Origin: Patescibacteria group bacterium | Lineage (GTDB): Bacteria > Patescibacteriota > WWE3 > UBA101185 > UBA10185 | Assembly (NCBI GenBank): GCA_018825365.1 | Contig: JAHJEV010000003.1 | Coordinates: 317,387 to 381,386 of the forward strand | Direction: 5' to 3' | Length of the DNA stretch: 64,000 nt | Shown: piece after piece, positions 12,790-23,600 of the stretch | Position numbering within the stretch: position 1 is the stretch's first letter | How the letters are laid out: each line of letters starts with the position of its first letter | The notes under the pieces: model-generated | Databases searched by the model: none | What the model was told of the DNA's origin: nothing | The model's input: the letters and a program-made list of their open reading frames with translations, nothing else | Position numbers and translations under genes: made by a program

Positions 12790-14285
12790 ACACCAATAAC
12801 AATTAAACCCATTATCCCAACTAAGGTTAGATAGATAAGACATGGTATTATTAACCCCTTCAAAACGAATCTTGTCTGGTTTTTTAAGTTAACCACTGCT
12901 TCTGCTGAAATAACATCAGCAAGAGCAATCATATTCCCCGCAGCTCCCCCAATTAAACCTAAAGACAAAATAATTGCCGGATAATAATTAAGTGCTAAAC
13001 TCGCCGAATTTAAAAAACTACCAAACATTATGTTAGAAACCGTGACACTGCCCGTAATAAAGCCACCAAAAGCTCCGATAAAAGGAGCCAAAAAAGGAAG
13101 CGATTTAAGTTCAAACGCCTTTGAAATAGTCGTTAGTGATGATGGAAGTCCCGATAGATTGTTTCCGGAGTTTATCATCAGCTGAACCAGTGCAGACATA
13201 GAAACAACAACCAAGAAAGGGTTGATGCTTCTTTTCAGAGCTGACCCTGAACTTTTCAATACCAAGTTTCCTTTTCCCCATAATAAAGCAATAGGCAACC
13301 CGGCTACTAAAAACGCTAAACCTGGATTGAATAGGTTCAGTTTGTAGCTGAAACCCCAAGGAAATTCTAAATTAATACTTCCCAAAACAAATTTCCCGAC
13401 AATTAATAAACCTATTAACAAAATGTATGGGATTATTACTTTGTAAGCCGGTAATTTAACCTCCATCACTTTTGCCTCTTCCAAGTGTCTTTTATTTTTC
13501 GGCACAAACAAACCAAGCTTTATTGTTATTAATATCAAAACCATTCCAATTAAGGATCCTAATATCGATGGGAACTCGGGTCCCAGTTTTGAAACGAGGT
13601 ATGATGGCACCACAAACGCCACCCCTGCCCAAATAGCAAAAGGAACAGCTTCCCAAAAATTCTTCCATCTGTCTTTTTGGATGGAGGCTAAGATCCACAA
13701 CATAAAAACAGGAACTAAAAACCCCGCGAGGTTAAAAATGGTTCCGTATTTAGTAACTTCAGAAACATCAAGTCCTGCAAATCCAACCCGCACCGGGGTT
13801 CCTACCGCCCCAAAGGCTCCTGCTGTGCTATTACCTAACATACCAATCGTTACCGCTGTAAGTGGAGAAAGACCAATACTAACCAGAAGTGGAACAACAA
13901 TACTGGCAGGAGTTCCAAATCCGGCGGTCCCTTCAATAAAACCCTCAAACATCCAAGCAAGAAGGATTACTTGCACCCTGTAATCCTTAAGCAGCGATTT
14001 GAGATAATAACTTACATTTTCTATTATCTTAAGATTGCTCAAAACCTCCAGAAAAAAAATTGCTCCAAAGATAATTACAAAAATATCGAACGCAACTAAA
14101 GTCCCTTTAATAAACGAATTTAAAACAAACAAGGGCAGTATTTTCCAATAATATATTTTCAAAGCCAGAGTCAAACCTACCGTTATGATAGAAACATTTA
14201 AAAGAGGCAGTTTTGCCGCTAACAAAAGTACTAGAAACAATATAAAGGGGGTGATAGATAATATCAGAGGAACATTAAAATGCAT
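12786..14285 (-). CDS. L-lactate permease family transporter
   Basis: IIFGAIFF, FIEGTAGFGTP, AFGAVGTP, GGFITGSVTVSNIMFG motifs typical of LctP/LldP; highly hydrophobic. Confidence 0.88.
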   Translation of the reverse strand: MHFNVPLILSITPFILFLVLLLAAKLPLLNVSIITVGLTLALKIYYWKILPLFVLNSFIKGTLVAFDIFVIIFGAIFFLEVLSNLKIIENVSYYLKSLLKDYRVQVILLAWMFEGFIEGTAGFGTPASIVVPLLVSIGLSPLTAVTIGMLGNSTAGAFGAVGTPVRVGFAGLDVSEVTKYGTIFNLAGFLVPVFMLWILASIQKDRWKNFWEAVPFAIWAGVAFVVPSYLVSKLGPEFPSILGSLIGMVLILITIKLGLFVPKNKRHLEEAKVMEVKLPAYKVIIPYILLIGLLIVGKFVLGSINLEFPWGFSYKLNLFNPGLAFLVAGLPIALLWGKGNLVLKSSGSALKRSINPFLVVVSMSALVQLMINSGNNLSGLPSSLTTISKAFELKSLPFLAPFIGAFGGFITGSVTVSNIMFGSFLNSASLALNYYPAIILSLGLIGGAAGNMIALADVISAEAVVNLKNQTRFVLKGLIIPCLIYLTLVGIMGLIVIGV

Positions 14286-14329
14286 TGTTATATTATCTTA
14301 TATTGTGAAAACTACTTTGTCTAAAGTAT

Positions 14330-16882
14330 TCAGATGCTCTTTCCATGACAATTCTTGTATTTTTTCCCACTTCCACAAGGACAGGGGTCGTTTCTTCCAA
14401 CCTTCTCTTTCCCAGATTCGATTTTCTCTATCTTTATTTCCCTCCCGGTTTCATCCACTAATTTCTGTTGGGATATTTCCTGACCCTCCTGCGAAACTCC
14501 TGTTTCCAGTTCCCCGTGTTTATAAGATAATCTCCCCTCACGTATTTTTTTCTCTTCCCTCATACCTACAGCCTCACTACTTACCGCCAGCAGCCTTTCG
14601 CCAACCATCGAGTAAACTTTAGAAACTAAAATTTCAAACCTTTCATGGCCTTCTCTTTTGTATTCAACCATCGGATCTCTTTGAGCGTAGCCTCTAAGAC
14701 CTATTCCTTCTCTTACCTGGTCCATGTCAACCAGGTGATCCATCCAAAGGTAATCTATAACCGGTCTGCTAAATGCACTTACAATTTGAAGCCAGATTTC
14801 TTTTCCAAATTCTTTTTCTTTTTTCTCCCATGTTTCAAAACTAAAATCAGAAAATTTCCCTAGTTGTTTAACCAACCACTGCTTGTTTTCCTCGTTCCCC
14901 TCGCCCATTTCAAGAATTCTTCTTCTTAGTTTATAAATAACTTCTCGATGGGTATTCATAATATCGTCCATCTCAACAAGCTGTTTTCTTCTGTCAAAGT
15001 TAAAACCCTCAACCCTTTTTTGGGCATTTTCTATCGCTTTTGAAACAACGCCGGCCTCAAGAGGCACGCTCTCATCCAGACCAAATTTTTCCATAATCCC
15101 GGAGACCCTATCCCCACCAAAGATTCGCATAAGGTCATCCTGCAAAGATACAAAGAATTTTGATCTTCCGGGATCTCCCTGACGACCGGACCTGCCTCTT
15201 AATTGGTTATCGATTCTTCTTGATTCATGCCTTTCAGTACCAATTACGTAAAGACCTCCGGACTCCAAAACTTTCTTTTGATCCTCGGGATTTTGGGGAT
15301 CCCCTCCAAGAAGAATGTCTACTCCTCGCCCCGCCATGTTTGTGGAAATAGTTACTGCTCCCGGTCTTCCTGCCTGAGCTATAATCAAAGCCTCTCTTTC
15401 ATGATTTTTTGCATTTAAAATTTCGTGCTGAATTCCCCTTCTTTGCAAGAAGTTATGAAGTAACTCACTCTTATCAACAGACGTGGTACCAACAAGTACG
15501 GGCTGCATAATTTTGTAACTTGCTGCTATTTCATCAGCCACAGCCTTGAACTTTCCTGCCTCTGTTTTATAAACGACATCGTTCTCATCTTTTCTTATAC
15601 ATGTGTTATTTGGCGGAATTGCAACTACATCTAATTTATAGATCTTGAAAAACTCTTCCGATTCGGTAACGGCAGTGCCAGTCATACCAGAAAGTTTCTT
15701 GTACATTCTAAAATAGTTTTGGTAAGAAATTTCAGCTAGAGTTTTTGATTCCTGCTGGATTGTTACACCCTCTTTGGCTTCGATTGCCTGGTGAAGACCG
15801 TATGAAAATCTATTGTTAGTTAAAAGTCTTCCGGTGAACTGATCAACAATAACAACGGCCTCATTTTTTACAACATAATCTCTGTCTTTCTCATACAAAG
15901 TGTTTGCGGCCAAAGCTTGTTCGATAAGGTGTACCATTTCAAAATCCTGTTCATACAAATTGTCTATTCCCAAAAGCCTTTCAACTCTTCGTATGCCCAA
16001 ATCGGTTAACGTTACATTCTTAAACTTCTCCTCCATCTCAAAGTCAGTGTCTTTTATCAGGGATTTTATAATGGCATTCGATTGATGGTATCTTTCACTT
16101 GGTTTAGCGTCCGCAGCGGAGATAATAAGTGGGGTCCTGGCAACATCTATTAATATAGAGTCGACTTCGTCAACTATCGCATAATTATGAACTCCCCAAT
16201 CTCCATTAGGATTTGTTTGGACCATGTCATCCAATCGAGCAACCATGTTATCTCTTAGATAATCAAATCCAAACTCATGATTAGTTCCATAAATTACATC
16301 GCACTTGTAAGCTTCTTGTCTCGGAACTTCTCTCAGATGAACTGCGTAGGCATCCTCAAATTCGGTGCCGTTGTACGTCGGATCAAAAACAAAGGCTCTT
16401 TCCTGCATTATTACTCCAACAGACACACCTAAGTAACCATAAACTGAACCCATCCAACCCGCACCGTGCCTTGCAAGATAATCATTGGGTGTAATAAGTG
16501 TAACTCCTTTTCCAGTAAGAGAATTTAAATATAAAGGAAGGGTTGCGGTTAGGGTTTTTCCCTCACCTGTTTTTTGCTCTGCAATCTTTCCCTGATGAAG
16601 GACAATACCAGCCATAAGCTGGACATCAAAATGCCTCTGACCCAAGGATCTCACAGCTGACTCACGGCCCAATGCGAAAACTTCGGGGAGAATTTCGTTA
16701 AGATACCTCTCTTTATCGCCATCGCTTAATTTTTTAAGTTCCGATCTGAAGTAGTTTGTCTTATCTTTTATTTCTTGCGCGGACAGCTTTTTAACCTGTT
16801 CTTCAAGATTATTTATCTGATAAACAATTGGGATTATTTTCTTAAGCTGTTTTTCATTTGTATCAAAAAGTTTGCCGAACAT
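14330..16882 (-). CDS. secA: Preprotein translocase ATPase SecA
   Basis: TGEGKT, DEVDSILID, TNMAGRG, QLRGRSGRQGDPG, C-terminal SEC-C (CPCGSGKKYKNCH). Confidence 0.99.
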   Translation of the reverse strand: MFGKLFDTNEKQLKKIIPIVYQINNLEEQVKKLSAQEIKDKTNYFRSELKKLSDGDKERYLNEILPEVFALGRESAVRSLGQRHFDVQLMAGIVLHQGKIAEQKTGEGKTLTATLPLYLNSLTGKGVTLITPNDYLARHGAGWMGSVYGYLGVSVGVIMQERAFVFDPTYNGTEFEDAYAVHLREVPRQEAYKCDVIYGTNHEFGFDYLRDNMVARLDDMVQTNPNGDWGVHNYAIVDEVDSILIDVARTPLIISAADAKPSERYHQSNAIIKSLIKDTDFEMEEKFKNVTLTDLGIRRVERLLGIDNLYEQDFEMVHLIEQALAANTLYEKDRDYVVKNEAVVIVDQFTGRLLTNNRFSYGLHQAIEAKEGVTIQQESKTLAEISYQNYFRMYKKLSGMTGTAVTESEEFFKIYKLDVVAIPPNNTCIRKDENDVVYKTEAGKFKAVADEIAASYKIMQPVLVGTTSVDKSELLHNFLQRRGIQHEILNAKNHEREALIIAQAGRPGAVTISTNMAGRGVDILLGGDPQNPEDQKKVLESGGLYVIGTERHESRRIDNQLRGRSGRQGDPGRSKFFVSLQDDLMRIFGGDRVSGIMEKFGLDESVPLEAGVVSKAIENAQKRVEGFNFDRRKQLVEMDDIMNTHREVIYKLRRRILEMGEGNEENKQWLVKQLGKFSDFSFETWEKKEKEFGKEIWLQIVSAFSRPVIDYLWMDHLVDMDQVREGIGLRGYAQRDPMVEYKREGHERFEILVSKVYSMVGERLLAVSSEAVGMREEKKIREGRLSYKHGELETGVSQEGQEISQQKLVDETGREIKIEKIESGKEKVGRNDPCPCGSGKKYKNCHGKSI

Positions 16883-16946
16883 AATAGCTCGATTTTAACA
16901 CAAACAAAAAAACTAGCAGTTTAAGGGACAGCTTGAAAAATCTTAC

Positions 16947-17768
16947 TTATTTGAAATAAAAAAATATTAAAGCCAAAGCAAGTAAAGCTCTATAAATTAT
17001 GAAGGGGTATAAGGTATTTGTTTTTACAAATCTCATTAAGAATTTTATCGCAACTACCCCAATCAAAAATGCGGATACAAACCCTATTAATAAAGAGGTT
17101 GTTCCTGAAGCAAAAAGCAACCTATAAGATTTTAGTAAACTAAAAAAACCTGCTGCCAAAACAGCGGGTATGGAAAGAAGAAATGAAAATCTCGTGGCAT
17201 CTTTTCTGCTTAAACCAAATATCATTCCTCCTGATATTGTAGAACCGGATCTTGAAACACCCGGTAGTAAAGAAAGAACCTGAAACAGACCAACCCCCAA
17301 ACCTTTTTTGACTGAAACCTCATCTTTTACAATAAGACGTTTGCCAAATCCTCTTTCGCCTATAAACATAAGGATGCTTCCAAAAATAAGTGCTGCGGCA
17401 ACCCACATTAAAGTTCCGGTGAGATTTTCTATTTTATCTCCCCAAAGGTAACCGATTACTCCAACAGGTATTGATCCAATTAATATTGCTAGGCCTAAAA
17501 CCCCATTCGAAGAGTACTCTTTTAAGGAAAGCCTGTGAGATGAAAAGATGTCGTTGAAAAATGCCTTAATTATACTAATAATATCTTTCCAAAAACATAC
17601 AGCCAGTGCTAAGGCTGTTGCCAAATGCATAGTTGTATCAAAAACCAAAGGTTGGTCTTGCCAACCCAAAATCTTAGGAACAACTATCAAATGACCGGAC
17701 GATGAAATTGGAAGAAACTCTGTAATTCCCTGAATTATTCCTAGAATTAATGCTTGGAAAGGATGCAA
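16947..17768 (-). CDS. uppP: Undecaprenyl-diphosphate phosphatase
   Basis: QGITEFLPISSSGH and PGVSRSG motifs. Confidence 0.97.
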   Translation of the reverse strand: MHPFQALILGIIQGITEFLPISSSGHLIVVPKILGWQDQPLVFDTTMHLATALALAVCFWKDIISIIKAFFNDIFSSHRLSLKEYSSNGVLGLAILIGSIPVGVIGYLWGDKIENLTGTLMWVAAALIFGSILMFIGERGFGKRLIVKDEVSVKKGLGVGLFQVLSLLPGVSRSGSTISGGMIFGLSRKDATRFSFLLSIPAVLAAGFFSLLKSYRLLFASGTTSLLIGFVSAFLIGVVAIKFLMRFVKTNTLYPFIIYRALLALALIFFYFK

Positions 17769-17771
17769 TTT

Positions 17772-18461
17772 TTAAACCCTTCCATAAACTAAGATGTTAT
17801 CGGAGTTTGTGTACCCGGCAACAACCTCGGATTTAGTATCACCTAAAAACTCCTCAACCTGATTAACAAAATTGTTCACGTCCTCCTGATGTTCTTCGGT
17901 ATAAATTCTGTTGAAAACAATAAGCCCACCGGGAGTTACTAACCTTTTTAAGGCGGCTATAAAATTTCCAGTCCGACCAAGGTCTGGATACTGATCTCCA
18001 ACAAAAATATCAACAAACAACACATCGAAACTACCTTGGGCCAAATCAAACTCTTCCGGTTCAACCACAACTCTTAAGGCATCTGCCTCAATGACTCTGT
18101 GGTTATTTATTGAATCCAAACCAAAATACTTCTTCGCCACATCAACCATCACGGGGTCAAACTCAACGCTTACTATCTGAGCCTCTAAAAGTTTTTTGGA
18201 AAGAATACTTGCCACAGTTCCGCCACCAAGACCCAGCATTAAAATCCTTTTTGCATTTGGTGCCTCTCTCAAAATAAGCGCTGCGGCTTTTCCCGAAAAT
18301 ATCTTTGGACAGCTCGGAGAAGTTTCGTTTATTGATTGCAAAACATTATTGGCTATAAGTTTTCTCGTCTTTCCAACTTCTATAACTCTAATTTTTCCAT
18401 TTAATTTTGAGTCAACCTCATATATAACTTTTGGGTATTTTAAGCTATCAAATACGCTCAT
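17772..18461 (-). CDS. Class I SAM-dependent methyltransferase / spermidine-synthase-like protein
   Basis: LMLGLGGG glycine motif, VEFDP, FDVLFVD. Confidence 0.75.
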   Translation of the reverse strand: MSVFDSLKYPKVIYEVDSKLNGKIRVIEVGKTRKLIANNVLQSINETSPSCPKIFSGKAAALILREAPNAKRILMLGLGGGTVASILSKKLLEAQIVSVEFDPVMVDVAKKYFGLDSINNHRVIEADALRVVVEPEEFDLAQGSFDVLFVDIFVGDQYPDLGRTGNFIAALKRLVTPGGLIVFNRIYTEEHQEDVNNFVNQVEEFLGDTKSEVVAGYTNSDNILVYGRV

Positions 18462-18480
18462 TGCTTAAATCCTAACATAA

Positions 18481-19830
18481 TTACTTTTTCGGAAGTATCC
18501 TCTTAAACCCGCTATATTTCTGCAAAGCTTTAGGAATATTAACAGATCCGTCTTTTTGTTGATGGTTTTCCAAAATCGCAATAATTATTCTACCAAATGC
18601 GGCTCCTGTATCATTGACGGTTCTTGCAAGTTTTGTCCCGTTACCATCTTTATACTTAATATTTAGCCTCCTCGCTTGGTAGTCAGTTGTCATTGTATCT
18701 GTTCCGACTTCCATATATTCCTTTTCTTTAGGTCTCCAAGCCTCAACATCGTACTGAAAGTATGATGCGTTATAACCGCAGTCCCCAGTACATTTGTTAA
18801 CAACTCTATAAGGAATTTCCAGCTTTTGGAAAAGCCACTCGTTTATTTCCATAAACTCATCAAAAACTTCTCTTTCCTGTTCTTCTGTACACACACAATT
18901 CATCTCAAGCTTGTCGAACTGATGAACTCTTTTTATCCCCCTAACATCCTTGCCCCAAGAACCAACCTCGCTCCTAAAACAGGTTGTTTGGGCGTATATC
19001 TTTATCGGGAGCTCTTCTTTTTTCAAAACCTTATCCATGAAATAGGAAAAATTAGAGGGCTCGGCAGAACCTACCAAAAACAAACTACTTCCCTCTTCAA
19101 CATTCTCGTTTTTTACTTCGTAAACCTGAGACCTTCCCTCCGGAAAGTGGCTTGTTCCAAAAAGAGATCTTTCCTTAACGAGAAGCGGAGGAACCATAGG
19201 AATAAATTTTCTTCTTAAAAGTTCCTTCTTTAATAACGAGGAGATCGCGTCTTGAAGAACAGTCGCTTCGTTTTTCAAATAACAAAACCTACTTCCGGAG
19301 ACTTTCCCGCTTTGCTCAACATCAATAATATCTAGCTTTTCGCCTATCTCTATGTGATCTTTATAAGGAAATTCCTCCCCGGGGGCATAAGACACATCAT
19401 CATATGGCAGCGAATCCTTCATTTTCAGATAGCCCTTCCTTGGATTCCAAACCTTAACGATAAGGTTATCGTGTTCGTCTTTTCCAACGGGCATTTCTTT
19501 TGAAACAACGTTAGGAATAAGAGGCAACATTTCATCAATTTCTTTTCTTAATTCATCCAGCTCTTTTTCCATATCGGAAAGTTCTGTTTTCATCTCTGTA
19601 GCTTTGGAAATCAGTCCCCCTTTTTCGGATTCTTTAGCCTTTGAAATATCCAAGGATATGTTATTTCGAAGATTTCTTAAAGTCTCAACCTTCTTTAAAA
19701 CATCGATGTATTTCTCGTGAATTTCCAGTAACTTCTCGACATCAACACCTTTAGCCTTCCTGCTTACGATCACTTTTTTTACTTCGTCCTTGTTTTGTTT
19801 AATATAGTTTATGTCTAGCATCCTATTCAT
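18481..19830 (-). CDS. serS: Seryl-tRNA synthetase
   Basis: MLDI start, N-terminal coiled coil, CFRSEVGS..D.RGIKRVHQF, DYQARRLNI. Confidence 0.97.
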   Translation of the reverse strand: MNRMLDINYIKQNKDEVKKVIVSRKAKGVDVEKLLEIHEKYIDVLKKVETLRNLRNNISLDISKAKESEKGGLISKATEMKTELSDMEKELDELRKEIDEMLPLIPNVVSKEMPVGKDEHDNLIVKVWNPRKGYLKMKDSLPYDDVSYAPGEEFPYKDHIEIGEKLDIIDVEQSGKVSGSRFCYLKNEATVLQDAISSLLKKELLRRKFIPMVPPLLVKERSLFGTSHFPEGRSQVYEVKNENVEEGSSLFLVGSAEPSNFSYFMDKVLKKEELPIKIYAQTTCFRSEVGSWGKDVRGIKRVHQFDKLEMNCVCTEEQEREVFDEFMEINEWLFQKLEIPYRVVNKCTGDCGYNASYFQYDVEAWRPKEKEYMEVGTDTMTTDYQARRLNIKYKDGNGTKLARTVNDTGAAFGRIIIAILENHQQKDGSVNIPKALQKYSGFKRILPKK

Positions 19831-19992
19831 TAAAGCGTGTTTTTATTGCTTTTTCAACAAGTGATGGTAATATAAATCCATATATTTCCAAGGAATTGGC
19901 TGTATTACCAAGGTTTTGGGATAAAGTTCCAGGAATAAATCTCCCGGACACATTTTTTGTAAGTTCGGGTTTTTACTGCCAAATGGGACTTA

Positions 19993-20021
19993 TTGACCTT
20001 GTAGCTTTGCTCTGATACAAT
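19993..20021 (+). promoter_or_regulatory. sigma70-type promoter of the infA-alpha operon
   Basis: TTGACC-17 nt-TACAAT with TG extension, 19 nt before infA ATG. Confidence 0.7.
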
Positions 20022-20040
20022 CAAGCGCGTCGTTTAAACG

Positions 20041-20259
20041 ATGGGTACAAAAGAAGTAATAACAAAAGAAGGAAAAGTAATAGAGACCCTCATGAGCGGT
20101 ATGTTTAAGATTCAATTTGCTGACGAAACGACAGCTTTGGCTATGATTTCCGGCAAAATGAGAAAACAACACATAAGGGTTTTGGTTGGAGACGGCGTGA
20201 GAGTGGAATTTTCTCCTCACGATCTAACCAGAGGAAGAATTACTTTCCGACTTAAATAA
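20041..20259 (+). CDS. infA: Translation initiation factor IF-1
   Basis: EGKVIETL, ISGKMR, RGRITFR. Confidence 0.97.
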   Translation: MGTKEVITKEGKVIETLMSGMFKIQFADETTALAMISGKMRKQHIRVLVGDGVRVEFSPHDLTRGRITFRLK

Positions 20260-20266
20260 ATAAAAT

Positions 20267-20383
20267 ATGAAAGTAAGATCGTCAGTAAAACCAATTTGCA
20301 GAGAATGCAAAATAGTAAAAAGACAGGGAGTTGTTAGGGTTATTTGTAAAAGAAACCCCAAACACAAGCAAAGACAGGGATAA
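20267..20383 (+). CDS. rpmJ: 50S ribosomal protein L36 (not in ORF track)
   Basis: Manual translation [38 protein letters not shown] (Zn-binding form). Confidence 0.98.
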   Translation: MKVRSSVKPICRECKIVKRQGVVRVICKRNPKHKQRQG

Positions 20384-20386
20384 TCT

Positions 20387-20773
20387 ATGCCAAGAATTAA
20401 GGGTGTTGATATACCAAACGAAAAAAGAATAGAAATTGCCTTAACCTATATTGAAGGTATAGGTTTGACACAGTCTAAAAAGATATTGGAACTGGCAAAA
20501 ATAAACCCCGATACCAGAGCAAAAGACTTGACTGATGAAAACATCGCCCATATAAACACTGCTGTATCTGAAGTTGGAATACCAATTGAGGGAGAACTTA
20601 GAAGAATTGTTGCCTCAAACATAAGAAGACTAAAAGAAATTAAAAGCTACAGAGGCTTAAGACACTACCACGGACTACCTACCAGAGGACAAAGAACAAG
20701 AACAAACGCCAGAACAAGAAAAGGAAAAAGAAAGACAGTTGGCGGCATGAAGAAAAAGTTAGAGAAGAAATAA
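20387..20773 (+). CDS. rpsM: 30S ribosomal protein S13
   Basis: [23 protein letters not shown]. Confidence 0.99.
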   Translation: MPRIKGVDIPNEKRIEIALTYIEGIGLTQSKKILELAKINPDTRAKDLTDENIAHINTAVSEVGIPIEGELRRIVASNIRRLKEIKSYRGLRHYHGLPTRGQRTRTNARTRKGKRKTVGGMKKKLEKK

Positions 20774-20783
20774 TAAATAATCT

Positions 20784-21158
20784 ATGCCAAAGAAAAAGAA
20801 AGAAAAAATTATTACACAAAGCGGAAAAGCCTTCGTAACTGCCGGTATGAATAACACCATCATTACTATAACTGATGATAAAGGTAACGCTCTTTTTTCA
20901 GGCAGCTCCGGTAAATCAGGGTTTAAGGGTTCTAGAAAATCAACACCTTATGCGGCTACAAAGGCAGCCGAACAGGCGGGAATTCAAGCTTACGCCGCAG
21001 GGGTAAGAGAAGTTGCAGTATTTGTTAAAGGACCCGGAATGGGAAGAATATCCTCAATTAAAGCCCTAAGATCCGCAGGACTTAATGTCGTGTCAATTTC
21101 GGATCAAACTCCCATCCCCCACAACGGATGCCGACCGAAGAATAAAAGAAGGATCTAA
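20784..21158 (+). CDS. rpsK: 30S ribosomal protein S11
   Basis: [23 protein letters not shown]. Confidence 0.99.
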   Translation: MPKKKKEKIITQSGKAFVTAGMNNTIITITDDKGNALFSGSSGKSGFKGSRKSTPYAATKAAEQAGIQAYAAGVREVAVFVKGPGMGRISSIKALRSAGLNVVSISDQTPIPHNGCRPKNKRRI

Positions 21159-21160
21159 TA

Positions 21161-21763
21161 ATGGCTAGGTATACTGATGCAAAATGCAGATTGTGCAGAA
21201 GAGAAGGAGTAAAACTCAATCTTAAGGGTATTAAATGCGACGGAGACAAATGTCCTTTTAATAAAAAACCCCAAGCTCCTGGGCAACACGGATTAAGCAG
21301 AAAACCCCTCTCGCAATACGGGAGGCAATTAAGAGAAAAGCAAAAAGCAAAAAGAATCTATGGGATATTGGAAAGACAATTTAGCAATTATGTCAAAGAG
21401 TCTTTGAAAACAAAAGGCGTTTCAGGAAATATTTTAATTCAAAAACTTGAATCAAGACTTGATAATATCGTTTATAGAAGTGGCTTTGCCGTTTCGCGCG
21501 CACAGGCAAGACAGAATGTCAGAAGGAATCTTTATATGATAAACGATAAGGTTGCAACGATTCCGGCAATGCAAGTCAAAATTGGTGATATAATCAAGCC
21601 CGTCAGCTTTGAAAAGATACATTTAAGAGAAGGTTTTGTAATGCCAGAGTGGCTTTCAGCTGATTTGAAAGAAAAATGCGTAAAGTACGTTAGATTTCCA
21701 TCTACGGATGACCTTCAGGAAGTTATAAATGTCCAGTCAATTATTGAATTTTATTCTAGGTAA
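21161..21763 (+). CDS. rpsD: 30S ribosomal protein S4
   Basis: CRLCRREG, QLREKQK, LESRLDN. Confidence 0.99.
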   Translation: MARYTDAKCRLCRREGVKLNLKGIKCDGDKCPFNKKPQAPGQHGLSRKPLSQYGRQLREKQKAKRIYGILERQFSNYVKESLKTKGVSGNILIQKLESRLDNIVYRSGFAVSRAQARQNVRRNLYMINDKVATIPAMQVKIGDIIKPVSFEKIHLREGFVMPEWLSADLKEKCVKYVRFPSTDDLQEVINVQSIIEFYSR

Positions 21764-21784
21764 TTTTTTAAAAGGAGGAAACTT

Positions 21785-22699
21785 ATGATAGTTACGAAAG
21801 AAAATTTAAAGATAAACACCGTAAAAGAAGAGGGAAATCTTGGTGTTTTCTCATTTGAGCCGCTCCCTACCGGCTTTGGCTATACACTGGCCAATGCTTT
21901 AAGAAGGGTCTTAATGACCTCGATAGCAGGCGCTGCTGTAACTCAGGTAAAAGTTTCCGGGGCAACTCATCAATTCACAACAATCCCGGGAGTAAAAGAG
22001 GATATTGTTGAAATAACACTTAATTTGAAGAGACTAAGATTCAAAGTTTTCACTGACCAGCCAGTAATCGCAACCATAAGTAAAAAAGGTGCCGGAAAGG
22101 TTACCGGAAAAGATATCGAAACTTCATCTGATGTTGAGGTTATGAATAAAGATCAACACATAGCAACTCTTGCCGATGCAAAGTCAAAACTTGAAATGGA
22201 ATTAACAGTCGAACCGGGAACAGGATACTCACCGATGGAAGAAAGACAAACTTCAAAAATAGGAGTTATAGTTCTTGATGCTTTGTTCTCCCCTATTGTC
22301 AGTGCCAACTATGAAATTGAACCCGCTAGATTTGGTGGAAGAACAGATTTAGATAAAATAATCTTCACAATCGAAACAGACGGCAGTATTTCTCCAAAGG
22401 AAGCATTGGTTGAAGCCTCAAAAATCCTCAGAGACTACTATGTGACCTTCGAAGAATGGAAAATCGAAACTTCAGAACCAGAAGAAGTTAAGAAAAGCAC
22501 AAAACTTGCCGAGGATGTTTCGGTTGAGGAGCTTCCCCTTCAGACAAGAACTATCAACGCTTTAAGAAAAAGCAAGATAATAACTCTTCATGAATTGGCC
22601 AAAAAAACCAACGAGGAGCTTGAAGATATCAAAAATATCGGTGAGAAATCATTACAGGAAATAAAGGACTTACTGGTAAAGGAAGGTTTCAGAAAGTAA
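21785..22699 (+). CDS. rpoA: RNA polymerase alpha subunit
   Basis: EPLPTGFGYTLANALRR, GVKED, ETDGSI, alpha-CTD NIGEKS. Confidence 0.98.
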   Translation: MIVTKENLKINTVKEEGNLGVFSFEPLPTGFGYTLANALRRVLMTSIAGAAVTQVKVSGATHQFTTIPGVKEDIVEITLNLKRLRFKVFTDQPVIATISKKGAGKVTGKDIETSSDVEVMNKDQHIATLADAKSKLEMELTVEPGTGYSPMEERQTSKIGVIVLDALFSPIVSANYEIEPARFGGRTDLDKIIFTIETDGSISPKEALVEASKILRDYYVTFEEWKIETSEPEEVKKSTKLAEDVSVEELPLQTRTINALRKSKIITLHELAKKTNEELEDIKNIGEKSLQEIKDLLVKEGFRK

Positions 22700-22716
22700 G
22701 AAATTAATAAGGTATC

Positions 22717-23187
22717 ATGAGACATCGAGTTAACAAGAAAACACTAAACAGAACGTACGATCAAAGAAGAGCCTTATTTACGGGGATGGCGGCTGATTTG
22801 ATTCAAAACGGAAAGATAAATACAACACTTGCCAAAGCAAAAGTCATAAGACCATACGTTGAAAAACTTGTCACCAGGGCAGTAAAGGCTAGTAAATCCA
22901 GCGATAAAATCGTAAAGTTCAATACCTTAAAGCTTATCAGAAAACACCTTCGATCCGAGCTTGCGATAAGAAAACTTTTAGTTGACGTGGCACCTAAATT
23001 CGAGAACAGAGCCGGAGGATACACAAGGATTGTAAAAATAGGAAACAGAGATGGGGACAATGCATCTCTAGCCAGAATAGAATTTGTTGAAAATACATCA
23101 GCAAAAGTAGAAGCAAAAACCGAGAAAAAAACTACCAAAAAGAAAATTGTAAAAGAAGAAAAGAAAGATGAAAAGAACACCAAATAA
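22717..23187 (+). CDS. rplQ: 50S ribosomal protein L17
   Basis: MRHR start, TTLAKAK, GGYTRI, RDGDNA. Confidence 0.98.
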   Translation: MRHRVNKKTLNRTYDQRRALFTGMAADLIQNGKINTTLAKAKVIRPYVEKLVTRAVKASKSSDKIVKFNTLKLIRKHLRSELAIRKLLVDVAPKFENRAGGYTRIVKIGNRDGDNASLARIEFVENTSAKVEAKTEKKTTKKKIVKEEKKDEKNTK

Positions 23188-23599
23188 AACAACTGTTTTA
23201 AACCTTCAGAAAAAAGAAACTAACTGGCATTTGATAGATGCTAAAGATCAGATATTGGGAAAGATTGCTGTTAAGATAACGGATGTTTTGGTGGGAAAGG
23301 ACAAAGCCGAGTATCTTCCAAATCAAAACTGGGGAGATAAAGTTGTTGTTATAAATACAGAGCAAATAGATGTAACCGGGAAAAAAATGACAGATAAAAT
23401 CTATTATCACAACACACTATTCCCAAAAGGATTAAGGAGTGAAAATTTACAAACATTACTTAAAAGAAAACCAGAGGAAGTTTTGAAAAAAGCAATTTAT
23501 GGAATGCTTCCAAAAAACAAACTTAGAAAAGAAAGGATGGCCAATTTATATATTTATGTAGGAGATAAACATCCTCACCAAGCGCAACTTGTAAAATAA
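23168..23599 (+). CDS. rplM: 50S ribosomal protein L13
   Basis: WHLIDA, GDKVVVIN, GMLPKN, HPHQAQ. Confidence 0.98.
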   Translation: MKRTPNKTTVLNLQKKETNWHLIDAKDQILGKIAVKITDVLVGKDKAEYLPNQNWGDKVVVINTEQIDVTGKKMTDKIYYHNTLFPKGLRSENLQTLLKRKPEEVLKKAIYGMLPKNKLRKERMANLYIYVGDKHPHQAQLVK

Positions 23600-23600
23600 C

